DNA of 64,000 nucleotides, from assembly GCA_036172245.1 (NCBI GenBank), contig JAYWIR010000091.1:1-64000 (forward strand), given 5' to 3'. This document shows positions 62,875 to 64,000 of this stretch, in pieces. The first letter of the stretch is position 1; the number at the start of each line of letters is the position of its first letter. A model generated the notes under the pieces. The model was not told where the DNA came from and ran no database searches. It saw only the letters and a program-made list of their open reading frames with translations. This DNA comes from Raillietiella orientalis (taxonomy: Eukaryota). A program made the position numbers and the translations under genes.

Positions 62875-63297
62875 CGCCGAATTCAAGGGGCAGGCGATCC
62901 AGGGGCAACTGCTCACAGAACTCGCGGACGGATTCCTTAAAAAGATCTCAGTCCTGGAGATTCCGGAGCGTGACGCCTTTCAGGTATTCGCGAAGGTGTT
63001 CCTTCGCACCTGAGAGTCGCGTCCAGTCCCCCGGCAGACGCCAATCCCTGGATGGCGGTAATTAGTCGCGAGGCCGCTTCTCGAAAATTAGCCGGGAATA
63101 GTCCAACAACGTCGACACAACCCTCCCCCGTTTGCCGACGCGTGAACACAGGTCAGCGTCCAGGAAGACGTGGTCGATGCTGCGGACCATTCCTCTCTCA
63201 CCCGCGAACAAGTTGCGCGCACGCATCGTGGCGCACAACCCGTTCATCGCGTTCACATGTGTTTCCGGCTCACCTGTTAGCAGGCGGACATTGAAAT
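62875..63297 (-). mobile_element. EN/linker fragment bounded by the GDFN site and the GFG site
   Basis: FNVRLL...SIDH...PLDRLPLEFG; both ends coincide with recurrent insertion sites. Confidence 0.9.
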
Positions 63298-64000
63298 TTA
63301 TCACCCGGTCACGCCGGGGCGTTTATGAATAATAATAAACTGGTCAGGGACAATGTCCTTAACCAACAGAACGACAGAGAACATAGAAAAATTACCGGCA
63401 CGCAGGCCTGGTAAACAAACCGCTCGCAGCGCGGGAGGAATGAGGGGAAACAAACAAAAATCAAAAACTGGAGGGAAGGGTAACGGGTTTTTGGTTAGGC
63501 TCCGTACTCACGGGGATTTATACGATGAGCACCTAACATGTTCCGGAGCCAATGGGGATGCGGGTGTAAAAAGAAAATACAAATTTAGTTTATGGAGGGT
63601 AGGGCAATGATCACCGGGTTGTCCGCTGATGAGGGTGTGTCAACCGGTGGTGTATTGCGGCGAGATTCCTCTTTGTCTCCTCTGTCAAATGAGGCCATCT
63701 AGCGGATGCTCCCATGTAGAAGGATGCTTTGCTGATTACCTCTTGGTGCTGTCCGTTGATTACCAACGCCTGGCGGACGGAAACTATCGCGCGTATGCAA
63801 CCGATGGTTGCAATCCTTGCGCTTAGTGAAAGCCCGCTCGGCGTGAAGAATCGTCGCAGAAAGTCTCTTGCGGTGTCCACGGGATGCAATAGTGCTGTTG
63901 CCAGCCTACGCCACAGTCCTTGTAGGACACCGCAGTCCAGAAGTAGGTGCGGAATCGACTCCGTCGATCCGCACCGAACGCAGTTCTCAGACGCAAGTCC
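63298..64000 (-). mobile_element. Gamma 3' end, runs off the window
   Basis: Highly similar to 59115-59815; ends ATAAACGCCCCGGCGTGACCGGGTGATAA. Confidence 0.92.

Noticed and set aside
1..64000. Group II intron, retron, DGR or LTR element as source of the RTs; the many short antisense ORFs as genes
   Set aside because: APE EN plus gag-like ORF1 and no LTR, integrase or RNase H indicate non-LTR elements; short ORFs are shadows of GC-rich coding DNA

Overview
Eukaryotic DNA made mostly of a dense, nested cluster of decayed APE-endonuclease non-LTR retrotransposons of L1/Tx1 type (ORF1 with two CCHC knuckles; ORF2 with EN, RT and C-terminal CCHC). They fill about 1-30.8 kb and 42.5-64 kb. Between them is an ~11.6 kb non-retroelement island holding a ~3.7 kb inverted repeat. 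I see no intact host gene. At least five related families (my working labels alpha-epsilon) share a 5' motif (GAGCGGACGTGTTT-like), a TAATG/TGATG ORF1-ORF2 overlap and a structured 3' UTR ending AATAAA-hairpin-GGGTGA(A) with no long poly(A). Main result: the junctions are not random. Three families repeatedly sit in the DNA coding for conserved ORF2 motifs of their relatives, with 3' junctions in identical register: alpha antisense at RT 'KAFD', beta antisense at linker 'GFG', gamma sense at EN 'GDFN'. This gives a five-level nest at 42.5-63.3 kb. Second result: a complete U4 snRNA-like sequence is fused to the 5' end of a divergent near full-length L1/Tx1-like element. All alignments were done by eye, and boundaries away from the quoted junctions are approximate.
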